A stretch of DNA of 62,214 nt, the filler included. It is 9 parts of 9 records of this genome, joined end to end, with 100 filler letters (N's around TTAATTAATTAA, not from the genome) between each part and the next. Parts side by side here need not be neighbours in the genome. Positions count along the whole stretch, not along the records: positions 37,709 to 41,322 come from SRR20825010_553; positions 41,423 to 45,932 come from SRR20825010_554; positions 46,033 to 53,531 come from SRR20825010_556; 6 more parts are not named here. One strand, written 5' to 3'. The position numbers were made by a program, and so were the translations under genes. Positions within the stretch are counted from its first letter, which is position 1. Every line of letters starts with the position of its first letter. The notes under the pieces are model-generated. The model worked only from the letters and a program-made list of their open reading frames with translations. It was not told where the DNA came from and made no database searches. Of the stretch, positions 38,161-48,118 are shown piece by piece.

Positions 38161-40005
38161 TCAAACGTCCGCCGTGTCGGTGTCCTCTTTCTGCGGTCGT
38201 CGTTCCGCCCGTTTCGGCAGCCGTGCCAGCAAACGCGTCCCGGGTGTTCCGCGCAACTCATCCTCTGGCCCCAACAGACGAAGGGTGCCGTTTGGCCCCA
38301 ATTCGGCCATGGCCACGGCATCGGGTTGGGCGGCGCGCCAATTCTCCAGCGTGTATTCCTCTGACAGTTTGGTTACGCGGAATTCACAGCCCCCCGCGAT
38401 CACGGCGTTCGCTTCAAAAAACGTCTCATCCGCGCCCAGCGCCTTGCCGCCTAGCGTGGCAGGCAGACTGTGGCGGCTGGAGGTGTCTCGGACTCGTTTG
38501 ATCTGAAAGATGTTCTCGCGGCCGAACTCCGGCGCAAGGTCTGTGGCAACCAGTGTATTGTAGGCGTCGTTGTCACTGGCGCAAATCAGTTTTTCGTAGA
38601 CGACGAATTCAACCCGATCCTCGGCTGCTTCGGACAGGATGTCACCGTAAAACGTGTCGATTCCAGCCTCTCGTGCGCTGCGCAGATGGGCGTTGTTTGG
38701 GTCCGCAATGATGACCGGCAATTCCATCTTCTTGAACGCCGCGCCCAGTTCTACGGCCCATTTCGACCCGCCCATGATCAGCACCCCCGGCAGTCGCGAG
38801 GCGGTCAACCCCAACAGTCGCGCCATGGGGGCAAGGGTAAACCCGTGCAGCACCACGGTGGCAGCGACCAGCGCAAAGGCCAGCGGCGCAACCCTGTCGG
38901 CGTCCTCGACCCCGATCTGCACCAAACGTTCGCCGAACAGCCCCGCAACCGCCACCAGCACAACGCCGCGCGGCCCGGTAAAGGCAACCAGCAAACGCTC
39001 TTTCCATTCCACATTGGTAAACGCCAAAGCCGCCAGCACCGGCAAGGGCCGCGCCAAAAGGATCACTGCCAGCACAAAAGCCCCTGCACGCCAATCCAGA
39101 ACGGCAAGGCGTTCGAAACTCATGCCTGCCGCCAGCAATATGAAAACACCCGATACCAAAAGGACAGTGGCGTGTTCCTTGAAACGGTAGAGCTCGGCAA
39201 AGCTGGGCAGGCCCGCGTTGGCAATCCACAGCCCCATGATAGTCACGGCCAACAGGCCGGATTCGTGCAACACATGGTCCGCGACGGCAAAAACTGCCAG
39301 CAAGACCACAAACAGCACCGGCACCTTCATGTATTCCGGCACCAGCGCCTGACGAAAGGCGCGCACGATGCCCCAACCGCCCGCTAGGCCAAGCGCACTG
39401 GCCATGGCAATGCCGATCATCAGCTCCATCACCGCCGGACCTGCCCCCGTCGCTGTACGCAGAACCAGCACCACCTCAAAGGCCAGCACCGCAGCCAGTG
39501 CGCCCACCGGATCGTTAACTATGGCCTCCCACTGCAACAGCGCGGCGGGACGGCGACGCAGGCGTGCCTGCCGCAAGAGCGGCGCAATGACGGTGGGGCC
39601 CGTGACGATCATGATACCGCCAAAGACGGCAGAGGTCTCCCAACTAAGTCCCGCAACCCAATGCAAGGCCGAGGTCGAGGCCAGCCAGCCAAGCGGCGCG
39701 CCGATCAGCACCAGCCTTCGCACACCCTTGGCCGCATCCGACAGCCGGTGCAGATCCAGCGTCAGACCGCCTTCGAACAGGATTATGGCAACGGCGACGG
39801 CAATCATCGGCTGCAACATGTCGCCAAACTGCACCGCCGGGTCCAGCACACCCGTCACCGGACCAATCATCAGGCCGGCCACCAGCATCAGCACGATGGC
39901 GGGCAGACGCAGCCGCCAAGCCAGCCACTGGCTACCAACGCCAAGCGCCCCCACAAGCCCGAAGGCCAGAACAGGGTCCAACCCGCCTGCTTCTGCCACT
40001 GCCAT
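38161..40005 (-). CDS. CPA1 cation:proton antiporter (NhaP-like) with C-terminal TrkA-N-like domain
   Basis: ILFEGGL, TGPTVI, EAIVNDP, GPRG; start reassigned to MAVAEAGG. Confidence 0.88.
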   Translation of the reverse strand: MAVAEAGGLDPVLAFGLVGALGVGSQWLAWRLRLPAIVLMLVAGLMIGPVTGVLDPAVQFGDMLQPMIAVAVAIILFEGGLTLDLHRLSDAAKGVRRLVLIGAPLGWLASTSALHWVAGLSWETSAVFGGIMIVTGPTVIAPLLRQARLRRRPAALLQWEAIVNDPVGALAAVLAFEVVLVLRTATGAGPAVMELMIGIAMASALGLAGGWGIVRAFRQALVPEYMKVPVLFVVLLAVFAVADHVLHESGLLAVTIMGLWIANAGLPSFAELYRFKEHATVLLVSGVFILLAAGMSFERLAVLDWRAGAFVLAVILLARPLPVLAALAFTNVEWKERLLVAFTGPRGVVLVAVAGLFGERLVQIGVEDADRVAPLAFALVAATVVLHGFTLAPMARLLGLTASRLPGVLIMGGSKWAVELGAAFKKMELPVIIADPNNAHLRSAREAGIDTFYGDILSEAAEDRVEFVVYEKLICASDNDAYNTLVATDLAPEFGRENIFQIKRVRDTSSRHSLPATLGGKALGADETFFEANAVIAGGCEFRVTKLSEEYTLENWRAAQPDAVAMAELGPNGTLRLLGPEDELRGTPGTRLLARLPKRAERRPQKEDTDTADV

Positions 40006-40066
40006 GAAACGCTCCTTGCCCTGTTGCTTTGGCCTTGGCCAACTGGTTTGGCGCGATCCGCCGCTT

Positions 40067-41275
40067 TCAGGCGCCCGCGTCCTGACCGGGCCACAGCCCT
40101 TCCAAAACGTCGCGCCCCGAATAATGCGCATGCTGCTGCAAAGCGAACCGATCTGTCATCCCGGCTATATAGTCCGCAACCAGCCGCGCCAACGTCGTTT
40201 CATCGGGGGCCTGTGCTACATCGCCCTGCCAGCGCTGCGGCAGCAAGGTCGGATCGGCCAGATAGACCGGGAACAACTCATTCACCGCCTGCGTGACGCG
40301 GCTGCGCTGCTCCATCACATGCGGCGCACGGTACATATTGCTGAACAGAAACGACCGGATCTGTTTCAGATCCCCCCACATCGCATCGGAAAACCCGATC
40401 ACCGGATGGCCGATGTCGCGGATGTCCTGCGTGTTGGTCGCGCCAGAGGCGGCAAGCCGCGCGCGCGAAGTTTCGATCAAGTCAGTGACCATGGCACCAA
40501 AAACCCGCCTCAGCGCCTCGTGCCGCCGACGATAGCTGTCGGTGCCCGGGTATTTTGCGTCGACCTCTGCATAGGCGTCTCGGACGATGGGCAGATGGGC
40601 AATCTGGTCTTCGGTGAAAAGACCCGCGCGTAGCCCGTCATGCAAATCGTGATTGTTGTATGCGATATCATCCGAAAGCGCCGCCACCTGCGCCTCTGCG
40701 TTGGCATGTGTATGCAATTCCAGATCGTGTGCAGCATTGTAGTCGGTCAGCGCATAAGGGACATCGCCGGTCAACTGGCCGTCAGGGCCCAGCGGCGCAA
40801 CAGGACCGTTGTGCTTCGCAATACCTTCCAGCGTGTCCCAAGTCAGGTTCAAACCGTCAAATTCAGCATAGTGGCGTTCCAGCCGGGTGACGATCCGCAG
40901 CGTCTGCGCGTTGTGGTCGAACCCACCGTATGGGGCCATCAGCGCATCAAGCGCTTCTTCACCGGTGTGACCAAAGGGCGTGTGCCCCAGATCATGCGCC
41001 AGAGCCACCGCTTCTGTCAGATCAAAGTTCAACCCCAGCGCCCCTGCGATGGTCCGCGCCACCTGTGCCACCTCGATCGAATGGGTCAGTCGGGTGCGAT
41101 AGAAATCACCCTCATGTTCCACAAAGACTTGCGTCTTGTGTTTCAGCCGCCGGAAGGCGGAGCAATGAATGATCCGGTCGCGGTCGCGCTGAAAGCAAGA
41201 GCGATGAGCGCTTTCCTCTTCAGGAAAGCGACGACCGCGTGCGCCCTCAGGCGTCGAGGCAAAATTGGCGCGCAT
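40067..41275 (-). CDS. dgt: Deoxyguanosinetriphosphate triphosphohydrolase
   Basis: FQRDRDRIIH, RTRLTHS, HDLGHTPFGH, DDIAY. Confidence 0.93.
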   Translation of the reverse strand: MRANFASTPEGARGRRFPEEESAHRSCFQRDRDRIIHCSAFRRLKHKTQVFVEHEGDFYRTRLTHSIEVAQVARTIAGALGLNFDLTEAVALAHDLGHTPFGHTGEEALDALMAPYGGFDHNAQTLRIVTRLERHYAEFDGLNLTWDTLEGIAKHNGPVAPLGPDGQLTGDVPYALTDYNAAHDLELHTHANAEAQVAALSDDIAYNNHDLHDGLRAGLFTEDQIAHLPIVRDAYAEVDAKYPGTDSYRRRHEALRRVFGAMVTDLIETSRARLAASGATNTQDIRDIGHPVIGFSDAMWGDLKQIRSFLFSNMYRAPHVMEQRSRVTQAVNELFPVYLADPTLLPQRWQGDVAQAPDETTLARLVADYIAGMTDRFALQQHAHYSGRDVLEGLWPGQDAGA

Positions 41276-41322
41276 GAATTCTGTCCCAGACTGTCTGTTC
41301 TTGGCCGTCATACCCGCTGCCC

Positions 41323-41422
41323 NNNNNNNNNNNNNNNNNNNNNNNNNNNNNNNNNNNNNNNNNNNNTTAATTAATTAANNNNNNNNNNNNNNNNNNNNNN
41401 NNNNNNNNNNNNNNNNNNNNNN
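41323..41422. other. Artificial contig spacer
   Basis: N44-TTAATTAATTAA-N44. Confidence 0.98.
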
Positions 41423-41429
41423 TTCATCA

Positions 41430-42305
41430 ATGAAGAAACAAAGCGTGGATTCTGCCAGCCTGAGTAATGCAGCTAAGATGCGCGTTGGCATCATCGCCGG
41501 GAGTGGCAGCCTGCCGCTTGCCCTTGCCGCGACTTTGCGCGCGCGCGGAGAGGCACCATACCTTCTCCTTGTCGAAGGGGAGGCTGATGTGTCTCACTAT
41601 GCCGACTACCCTCATGAAGTGATCCGGATTACCAAGGTCGGCCGGTTCCTGAAGGCCCTCGCGCGTGAAAACTGCACGCATATTACGCTTGCCGGACCGG
41701 TAAAGCGCCCGGATTTGAAAAATCTGGTCCCGGATATGGAGGGGATGAAACTCCTCGGCCGGATTACCGGCGCGGCGCGCAAAGGGGATGACGGCCTGAT
41801 GCGGGCCATCACCACGTACATTCAGGAAAAAGGCTTTACCGTTGTCGGGGTGCATGAACTGGCGGATAACTTGCTGGTGCCTGCGGGGCAGCTTGGAAAG
41901 ATTGCCCCGACAGAGCGTGACACTGCTGACATCGCGGAAGGTATTCGTATTGTGAAGGCGGTTGGTGCGCTTGATATTGGACAGGCGGCTATTATCCGGG
42001 AGGGATATGTGTTGGCGATTGAGGCCGCGGAAGGAACCGACAGGTTGCTCGCGCGCTCCTCCGAGTTTGCGTGGAAAGAGCCCGCGGGTGTTCTCGTCAA
42101 ACTCTCCAAGCCGGGGCAGGAACTCGCGGCAGACATGCCAACCATCGGCCCTGAGACGGTCACGCTCGCCGCTGAGGCCCATTTGCGAGGGATTGCGGTT
42201 GAGGCGGGCTTGACGCTCGTCCTCGATCTCAAGGAGACTTTGCGTCGGGCGGATGACGCCGGTCTCTTTGTCGTCGGGCTTGATCCACAGGACATTTCAG
42301 GATGA
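41430..42305 (+). CDS. lpxI: UDP-2,3-diacylglucosamine diphosphatase LpxI
   Basis: GIIAGSGSLP, GDDGL, DIGQA, AIEAAEGTD, DMPTIG; upstream of lpxB. Confidence 0.9.
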   Translation: MKKQSVDSASLSNAAKMRVGIIAGSGSLPLALAATLRARGEAPYLLLVEGEADVSHYADYPHEVIRITKVGRFLKALARENCTHITLAGPVKRPDLKNLVPDMEGMKLLGRITGAARKGDDGLMRAITTYIQEKGFTVVGVHELADNLLVPAGQLGKIAPTERDTADIAEGIRIVKAVGALDIGQAAIIREGYVLAIEAAEGTDRLLARSSEFAWKEPAGVLVKLSKPGQELAADMPTIGPETVTLAAEAHLRGIAVEAGLTLVLDLKETLRRADDAGLFVVGLDPQDISG

Positions 42306-43465
42306 GTGAGGACACCCATCGCCGGGTTTTTATACTGGCGGGGGAACCCTCTGGCGATGCGCTCGCTGCGCGGCTTATGGCGGAACTGAAGGCGCAAGCG
42401 CCGGACGTGGAGTTTCTCGGTGTTGGCGGCCTACTCATGGCGGCGGAAGGGCTTGAAAGTCTTTTCCCGATGGAAGAGTTGAGTGTGATGGGCCTGTTTG
42501 AGGTTTTGCCTCGATTGCCGCAGCTCTTGAAACGCATTGATCAGACGGCGGCAGAGGTAAAGCGCGTTGCTCCGGATATTTTTATAACGGTCGATGCCCC
42601 GGATTTCAGTTTTCGGGTGGCAAAGAAGCTGGCCGGAACATCCTTCCCCAAGGTGCATTATGTTGCGCCGTCGGTCTGGGCCTGGCGTCCGGGCCGGGCG
42701 AAGAAGGTCGCCGCGCTATATGATCATCTTCTGACGCTGCTACCGTTCGAGCCGCCGTATTTTGAGGCAGTAGGGTTGCCCGCCAGTTTCGTTGGTCATT
42801 CCGTGATTGAATCCGGGGCGGACAAAGGGGACGGCCCGGCATTTCGCGCGCGCTATGGTATTGACGCAGAAGAAAGACTTCTGATGATGTTGCCGGGCAG
42901 CCGGAGAGGGGAGGTCAGCCGTCATCTTCCCGTTTTTAAGGACACCGTGGCACAATTGCAGGCCGATATCGGTAAGTTCCGCCTTGCCGTACCGGTTATC
43001 GGCCGGGCCGGTGATATTGTTTGTGAAGAGGTTCGGAACTGGGATGTCAACGTTCATGTCGTCGATGGAGAGACAGAAAAATACGATGCGATGGCGGCTT
43101 CAAATTTGGCCTTGGCCGCCTCAGGGACAGTCGCTCTGGAGCTTGCACTTGCCCGGTTGCCAACTGTGATTGCCTATCGCATGAACGTAATCACGAGCAT
43201 AATTGCCCGTCGTGTGGTCAAGCTGGATCACGTGAATCTGGTGAACATCCTTCTGAAACGGGAGGCCGTGCCCGAATATATATTGGAAAACTGCACGGCA
43301 GAAAATCTGGCGGGAGCACTTGCCGACCTTTTCCGCTCAGAGAAAAAACGGGCCCAGCAGATTGTTTCCTATGAGGAGGCCATGGTACAGTTGGGCGAGG
43401 GCGGTGCAGCTCCCGGGGCGCGGGCGGCGGAAATTATCCTGAAACTGATTGCAAGGAATATATAA
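42302..43465 (+). CDS. lpxB: Lipid-A-disaccharide synthase
   Basis: AGEPSGD, DAPDF, YVAPSVWAWR, LPGSR..E, SGTVALE. Confidence 0.95.
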   Translation: MSEDTHRRVFILAGEPSGDALAARLMAELKAQAPDVEFLGVGGLLMAAEGLESLFPMEELSVMGLFEVLPRLPQLLKRIDQTAAEVKRVAPDIFITVDAPDFSFRVAKKLAGTSFPKVHYVAPSVWAWRPGRAKKVAALYDHLLTLLPFEPPYFEAVGLPASFVGHSVIESGADKGDGPAFRARYGIDAEERLLMMLPGSRRGEVSRHLPVFKDTVAQLQADIGKFRLAVPVIGRAGDIVCEEVRNWDVNVHVVDGETEKYDAMAASNLALAASGTVALELALARLPTVIAYRMNVITSIIARRVVKLDHVNLVNILLKREAVPEYILENCTAENLAGALADLFRSEKKRAQQIVSYEEAMVQLGEGGAAPGARAAEIILKLIARNI

Positions 43466-43466
43466 C

Positions 43467-43871
43467 ATGAGTGACAACGGCAATTTCAGACTGCTGCACA
43501 CGATGATCCGGGTGAAGGACCTCGATAAATCCATTGATTTCTATGTCAATAATCTGGAAATGAAGCTCCTGCGTAAAAATGATTTTCCAGGCGGTAAATT
43601 CACCCTGGCCTTCGTCGGCTATGGAGAGGAAAAGGACACGGCTGTCATTGAACTGACCCATAACTGGGATCAGGAGGAACCTTATGATCTGGGTGATGGT
43701 TTTGGCCATCTCGCGCTGGGTGTGCAGGATATCTATGGCATTTGCGAAAAGCTGGAGACGCAAGGGGTGAATATTCCGCGTCCGCCGGGGCCAATGAAGC
43801 ATGGCAGTTCCGTCATCGCCTTTATTGAGGACCCGGACGGCTATAAAATCGAGCTGATAGAGCGGAAATAA
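43467..43871 (+). CDS. gloA: Lactoylglutathione lyase (glyoxalase I)
   Basis: HTMIRV.DL, ELTHNW, GFGHLA, DPDGYKIELI. Confidence 0.95.
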   Translation: MSDNGNFRLLHTMIRVKDLDKSIDFYVNNLEMKLLRKNDFPGGKFTLAFVGYGEEKDTAVIELTHNWDQEEPYDLGDGFGHLALGVQDIYGICEKLETQGVNIPRPPGPMKHGSSVIAFIEDPDGYKIELIERK

Positions 43872-43875
43872 CGGC

Positions 43876-44079
43876 CTAATTACTGCCGAAATACCAGGCG
43901 GCGGCGAAGAAGATCAGCATTGCCGCAGGTAAGAGTATCATGGAAAGTTTTCGAAGGCGGTAAAAAAGCGGCGCCCGGTTATCGTTCGCCGCTTTGAAAT
44001 AAAGCCGTCTCGCAGGATTGGCGCCTTCGGATCCAGCCGAAGGCGCTATTTTCTTGCTTTTGTGCGAGACGCCGCTCAT
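43876..44079 (-). CDS. Small hypothetical membrane protein (67 aa)
   Basis: ATG 4 nt after the gltA stop; AANDN motif; C-terminal hydrophobic helix. Confidence 0.55.
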   Translation of the reverse strand: MSGVSHKSKKIAPSAGSEGANPARRLYFKAANDNRAPLFYRLRKLSMILLPAAMLIFFAAAWYFGSN

Positions 44080-44083
44080 CTGA

Positions 44084-45391
44084 TTACCGTTTGCCCAAGT
44101 CAACATACGGACGTTCGGTGTAGCCCGTGTAAAGCTGACGCGGACGGCCGATTTTCTGTGACGGATCTTCCATCATTTCGTTCCACTGTGCGACCCAGCC
44201 GACAGTGCGGGCGACGGCGAACAGCACGGTGAACATGCTGGTCGGGAAGCCGAGCGCCTGCAGAATGATGCCGGAATAGAAATCGACATTCGGGAAGAGC
44301 TTTTTCTCAATGAAATAAGGATCTTCGAGCGCGATCTTCTCAAGTTCCATTGCCAATTTGAGCATTGGCTCATCCTTGATGCCGAGCTCATCCAGGACCT
44401 CATAGCAGGTCTGCTGCATCACCTTGGCGCGTGGATCATAGTTTTTATAGACCCGGTGGCCGAAGCCCATTAGGCGGAACGGATCGTCCTTGTCCTTTGC
44501 CTTGGCGATGAATTCCTGCACCCGATCAACGCTGCCGATCTGGTTGAGCATGGTAAGCACAGCCTCGTTTGCGCCACCATGTGCCGGACCCCAAAGGCAA
44601 GCAATACCAGCGGCAATACAGGCAAACGGGTTAGCCCCGGACGATCCGGCAAGACGTACCGTGGAAGTTGAGGCGTTTTGTTCATGATCAGCATGCAGAA
44701 TGAAAATCCGGTCCATCGCGCGAGCAATGGTCGGGGAGAGTTTGTAACGCTCCGCCGGGACACTGAATGTCATATGCAGGAAGTTTTCCGCGTAGGACAT
44801 ATCATTGCTCGGGTAGATAAAGGGCTGACCAACCGAGTATTTATAGGCCATCGCCGCGATTGTCGGCATTTTCGCAATCAGGCGATAGCTTGCAATCATC
44901 CGCTGCGTCGGATCGGTAATATCCGTGCTGTCATGATAAAAGGCCGAAAGCGCGCCCACTACGCCAACCATGACGGCCATCGGATGCGCGTCCCTGCGGA
45001 AGCCCCGGTAGAACTGGGTCAACTGCTCATGCAGCATGGTGTGGTAGGTGATGTCATGTGCGAATTTGTCTTTCTCGGCGACATTAGGAAGTTCGCCTTT
45101 GAGCAACAGATAGCAGACTTCCATAAAGTCGCTTTTTTCCGCCAGCTCCTCAATCTTGTAACCGCGATGCATCAAGACACCCTGATCGCCATCAATATAG
45201 GTAATCGCAGAATCGCATGAGGCCGTCGAGGTGAACCCCGGATCATAGGTGAAATGGCCTGTATCGGCATATAATTTACGTACGTCTATGACGGACGGTC
45301 CAACAGTGCCCGCAATTAACGGCAGGCTTAGCGTGTTATCGTCCGATCCTTCGGACAGGGTGACATTGCCGGTAACGGTAGAGCTACTCAT
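44084..45391 (-). CDS. gltA: Citrate synthase (type II)
   Basis: [40 protein letters not shown]. Confidence 0.97.
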   Translation of the reverse strand: MSSSTVTGNVTLSEGSDDNTLSLPLIAGTVGPSVIDVRKLYADTGHFTYDPGFTSTASCDSAITYIDGDQGVLMHRGYKIEELAEKSDFMEVCYLLLKGELPNVAEKDKFAHDITYHTMLHEQLTQFYRGFRRDAHPMAVMVGVVGALSAFYHDSTDITDPTQRMIASYRLIAKMPTIAAMAYKYSVGQPFIYPSNDMSYAENFLHMTFSVPAERYKLSPTIARAMDRIFILHADHEQNASTSTVRLAGSSGANPFACIAAGIACLWGPAHGGANEAVLTMLNQIGSVDRVQEFIAKAKDKDDPFRLMGFGHRVYKNYDPRAKVMQQTCYEVLDELGIKDEPMLKLAMELEKIALEDPYFIEKKLFPNVDFYSGIILQALGFPTSMFTVLFAVARTVGWVAQWNEMMEDPSQKIGRPRQLYTGYTERPYVDLGKR

Positions 45392-45519
45392 TCATCCACT
45401 TCCTTTTCGTTTTTCAGGCATTAGTCGTGCCCGTATTTACAAAAAAATTCCGGGTGGAATTTCCCATTTTTATATGACGATTTTATCGTCGGTACTACTA
45501 CGCCCCGTTGCAGTCGGCC

Positions 45520-45932
45520 TTAATCCGAAAGTACATCCCGAATACGTCCGATGGACTGTTCCCGGCCCAGAACGTCGAGGACGTCAAAAATACCGGGAGA
45601 AACCGTGGTTCCCGTGAGCGCAGCCCGCAAAGGCTGTGCAATTTTCCCTAACTTGAGGCCTTCGGCCTCCGCCGCCGCGCGAACGGCCGCCTCAACCGTA
45701 TCCTCGCTCCATTGATCAAGCGTCTCCAATCGGTCCGCCAGACGCATAAGAACAGCGCGCGCCTCTTCGGTAATCAGGCTTTCGGCTTTTTTATCCAGCG
45801 CAAGCGGTCGCTCGGCAACCAGAAACAAGGAACTCTCTGCGAGGGAGTTTACAGATTTTGCGCGTTCTTTCAAGCCGTTCATGGCTTTTTCTATTAATTT
45901 CAGTTGATTAGAAGATATTACCTGACCGGTGT
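45520..45932 (-). CDS. gltX: Glutamate--tRNA ligase, C-terminal part
   Basis: Open to the contig edge; KLGKIAQPLRAALTG...SPGIFDVL..LG anticodon-binding domain; gltX-gltA order. Confidence 0.9.
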
Positions 45933-46032
45933 NNNNNNNNNNNNNNNNNNNNNNNNNNNNNNNNNNNNNNNNNNNNTTAATTAATTAANNNNNNNNNNNN
46001 NNNNNNNNNNNNNNNNNNNNNNNNNNNNNNNN
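45933..46032. other. Artificial contig spacer
   Basis: N44-TTAATTAATTAA-N44. Confidence 0.98.
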
Positions 46033-46338
46033 CGGCTTGGTCATGTAGTCATCGGCGCCAAAGCCAAAGCCCTTGATCTTGGACTGGGTGTCGTCCTCGC
46101 CTGTCAGGATCAGGATCGGCGTGTCGATCCTTGCCACCCGCAACTGGCGCAGCACCTCATGCCCGTTCATATCCGGCAGGTTCAGATCCAGCAGGATCAG
46201 ATCGTAGTCATAGAGCTTGGCCAGATCGATCCCTTCTTCGCCCATATCCGTGGAATAGACGTTGAGATTGGCGTGGCTCAGCATCAATTCGATGCTTTTT
46301 GACGTGGTCGGATCGTCTTCAACCAACAGGATACGCAT
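46033..46338 (-). CDS. ctrA: Cell-cycle response regulator CtrA, 3'-truncated
   Basis: [20 protein letters not shown]...[24 protein letters not shown], the characteristic CtrA receiver. Confidence 0.95.
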
Positions 46339-46390
46339 ATACAGTCTCCGGGCAATGACTTCGGTTGAGATACAACCTGAGCGAAAAAGG

Positions 46391-46405
46391 TTAACGCCCC
46401 CTTAC
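46391..46405. promoter_or_regulatory. CtrA box upstream of ctrA
   Basis: TTAA-CGCCCCC-TTAC, one mismatch to TTAA-N7-TTAA. Confidence 0.6.
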
Positions 46406-46432
46406 CATACCTGTTAGAAGAATCAATTCAAC

Positions 46433-46711
46433 TCAAGGTTGACGATATTTTTGAACGCGCGTGACCTTGAGCGCATCTTCGCCGTGCCGAGTTGCCGCCT
46501 GAACCCATTCCAGCAACTCTTCATCGCTAAGACTGTAACGATCTTTGGCCTGATCATGGGTCAGCAACCCGAAGGTGACGGCCCTGACCACCGCCGCCTT
46601 GCGTGACGCGACCCATCGCCGGGTTTCCTTCGGAGGCAGATCGGCGCGTGTCATGGTGCTGCCATCCGGCAACCTGACCGCACGCGGACCTTCGATCTTC
46701 TTGAGGAACAT
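46433..46711 (-). CDS. sciP: CtrA inhibitor SciP (DUF1153)
   Basis: 92 aa; DLPP..TRRWVASRKAAVV, YSLS.EE, adjacent to ctrA; true start is MFLKK. Confidence 0.92.
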   Translation of the reverse strand: MFLKKIEGPRAVRLPDGSTMTRADLPPKETRRWVASRKAAVVRAVTFGLLTHDQAKDRYSLSDEELLEWVQAATRHGEDALKVTRVQKYRQP

Positions 46712-46758
46712 ATTTCGCACTCCAACACTTAGGTGGCGGCCATAAAGACACGCAGCAC

Positions 46759-46773
46759 TTAACGACCACTGAA
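46759..46773. promoter_or_regulatory. CtrA-like box upstream of sciP
   Basis: TTAA-CGACCAC-TGAA, one mismatch. Confidence 0.5.
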
Positions 46774-46834
46774 ATGCACCCCTTGAGAGTATTTCGTATT
46801 TTCCTATATTCCGCGCATTCCAAGGAGAGTCGTC

Positions 46835-47977
46835 ATGCCCCTCGACACGCGCCCGCTGAACTCGCTGGGTTTGCCCAAGCCGCCGTCCGAAACCCGCGTC
46901 GTCGTCGCCATGTCCGGCGGCGTTGACAGTTCCGTGGTGGCCGCAATGCTGAAAGAAGAAGGCTATGACGTCGTCGGCGTAACCCTGCAACTCTACGATC
47001 ACGGTGCAGCGCTGGCAAAAAAGGGCGCGTGCTGCGCCGGCATCGATATTCACGATGCCCGCCGCGTGGCCGAGGACATGGGGTTTCCGCACTACGTCCT
47101 CGACTATGAGAACATCTTCCGTGAGGCGGTGATCGACGAATTCGCCGACAGCTATCTGGGCGGCGCCACGCCGGTGCCCTGCATCCGGTGCAATGAACGT
47201 GTAAAATTCAAAGATCTTCTTGAGACCGCAAAGGATCTCGAGGCCGACTGCATGGCTACCGGCCACTACATCCAGCGCATGACTGGCGCACAGGGCGCTG
47301 AACTGCATTCCGCTGCCGACGCTTCGCGCGACCAAAGCTATTTCCTGTTCTCCACCACGCCGCAGCAACTGGACTTCCTGCGCTTTCCGCTAGGCCACTT
47401 GCCGTCAAAGGATGACACCCGCGCACTGGCGGCGAAATACGGGCTCAGCGTGGCGATGAAGCCCGACAGTCAGGACATCTGCTTTGTTCCTGACGGCAAT
47501 TATGCCGCTGTAATCGAAAAACTGCGCCCCGGGTCGGCCGAACCGGGCGAGATCGTGCATGTGGACGGCCGCGTTCTGGGGGAACACAACGGCGTGATCC
47601 ACTACACCATTGGCCAACGCCGCGGCCTTGGCATCGGCGGGCTGGCCGATCCGCTCTATGTCGTGAAACTGGATGTGGACACGCGCCGTGTCATCGTCGG
47701 CCCCAAGGACCTGCTGGCCACCCGCACGGTTCCTGTGCGGGAAATCAACTGGCTGGGCGACGTTCCCTTTACTTCGCAAGAGGAATGGCACCTGAACGTC
47801 AGGGTCCGCTCCACCCGCCCCCCGCGTGAGGCCATCGTGCGCCCGATCTCGGACACAGAGGCCGAGGTCGAACTGGTGGTGGCAGAAGAAGGCGTCAGCC
47901 CGGGTCAGGCCTGCGTCTTCTACGCGCCAGAAAGCTCACGCATCTTTGGCGGCGGCTGGATCTGGCGCGGGTACTAA
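46835..47977 (+). CDS. mnmA: tRNA 2-thiouridylase MnmA
   Basis: [43 protein letters not shown]. Confidence 0.96.
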   Translation: MPLDTRPLNSLGLPKPPSETRVVVAMSGGVDSSVVAAMLKEEGYDVVGVTLQLYDHGAALAKKGACCAGIDIHDARRVAEDMGFPHYVLDYENIFREAVIDEFADSYLGGATPVPCIRCNERVKFKDLLETAKDLEADCMATGHYIQRMTGAQGAELHSAADASRDQSYFLFSTTPQQLDFLRFPLGHLPSKDDTRALAAKYGLSVAMKPDSQDICFVPDGNYAAVIEKLRPGSAEPGEIVHVDGRVLGEHNGVIHYTIGQRRGLGIGGLADPLYVVKLDVDTRRVIVGPKDLLATRTVPVREINWLGDVPFTSQEEWHLNVRVRSTRPPREAIVRPISDTEAEVELVVAEEGVSPGQACVFYAPESSRIFGGGWIWRGY

Positions 47978-47982
47978 GCGCA

Positions 47983-48041
47983 CCCCCGGCTTCTTCTTTG
48001 TAAAAATACTCCGGGGGAGCGTAGCGACGGGGCAGCGCCCC
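47983..48041 (+). repeat. Structured intergenic repeat, copy 2
   Basis: CCCCCGG-CTTCTTCTTTGTAAAAATACT-CCGGGGG followed by a GGGGC..GCCCC hairpin. Confidence 0.7.
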
Positions 48042-48118
48042 GCCTCCGAGACGGTGGCCAAAGGCCCCCGTCGAGGCATCCAGCGCGCCGCTAGGCGCAC
48101 AATTGGATCACCGAAAGA

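Noticed and set aside
40067..41275. dGTPase as an anti-phage nucleotide-depletion system
   Set aside because: Housekeeping dgt in its usual argS neighbourhood; no defence-island context
46433..47368. 311-aa ORF as an N-terminally extended SciP
   Set aside because: The extension is antisense to mnmA; only 46433-46711 resembles SciP
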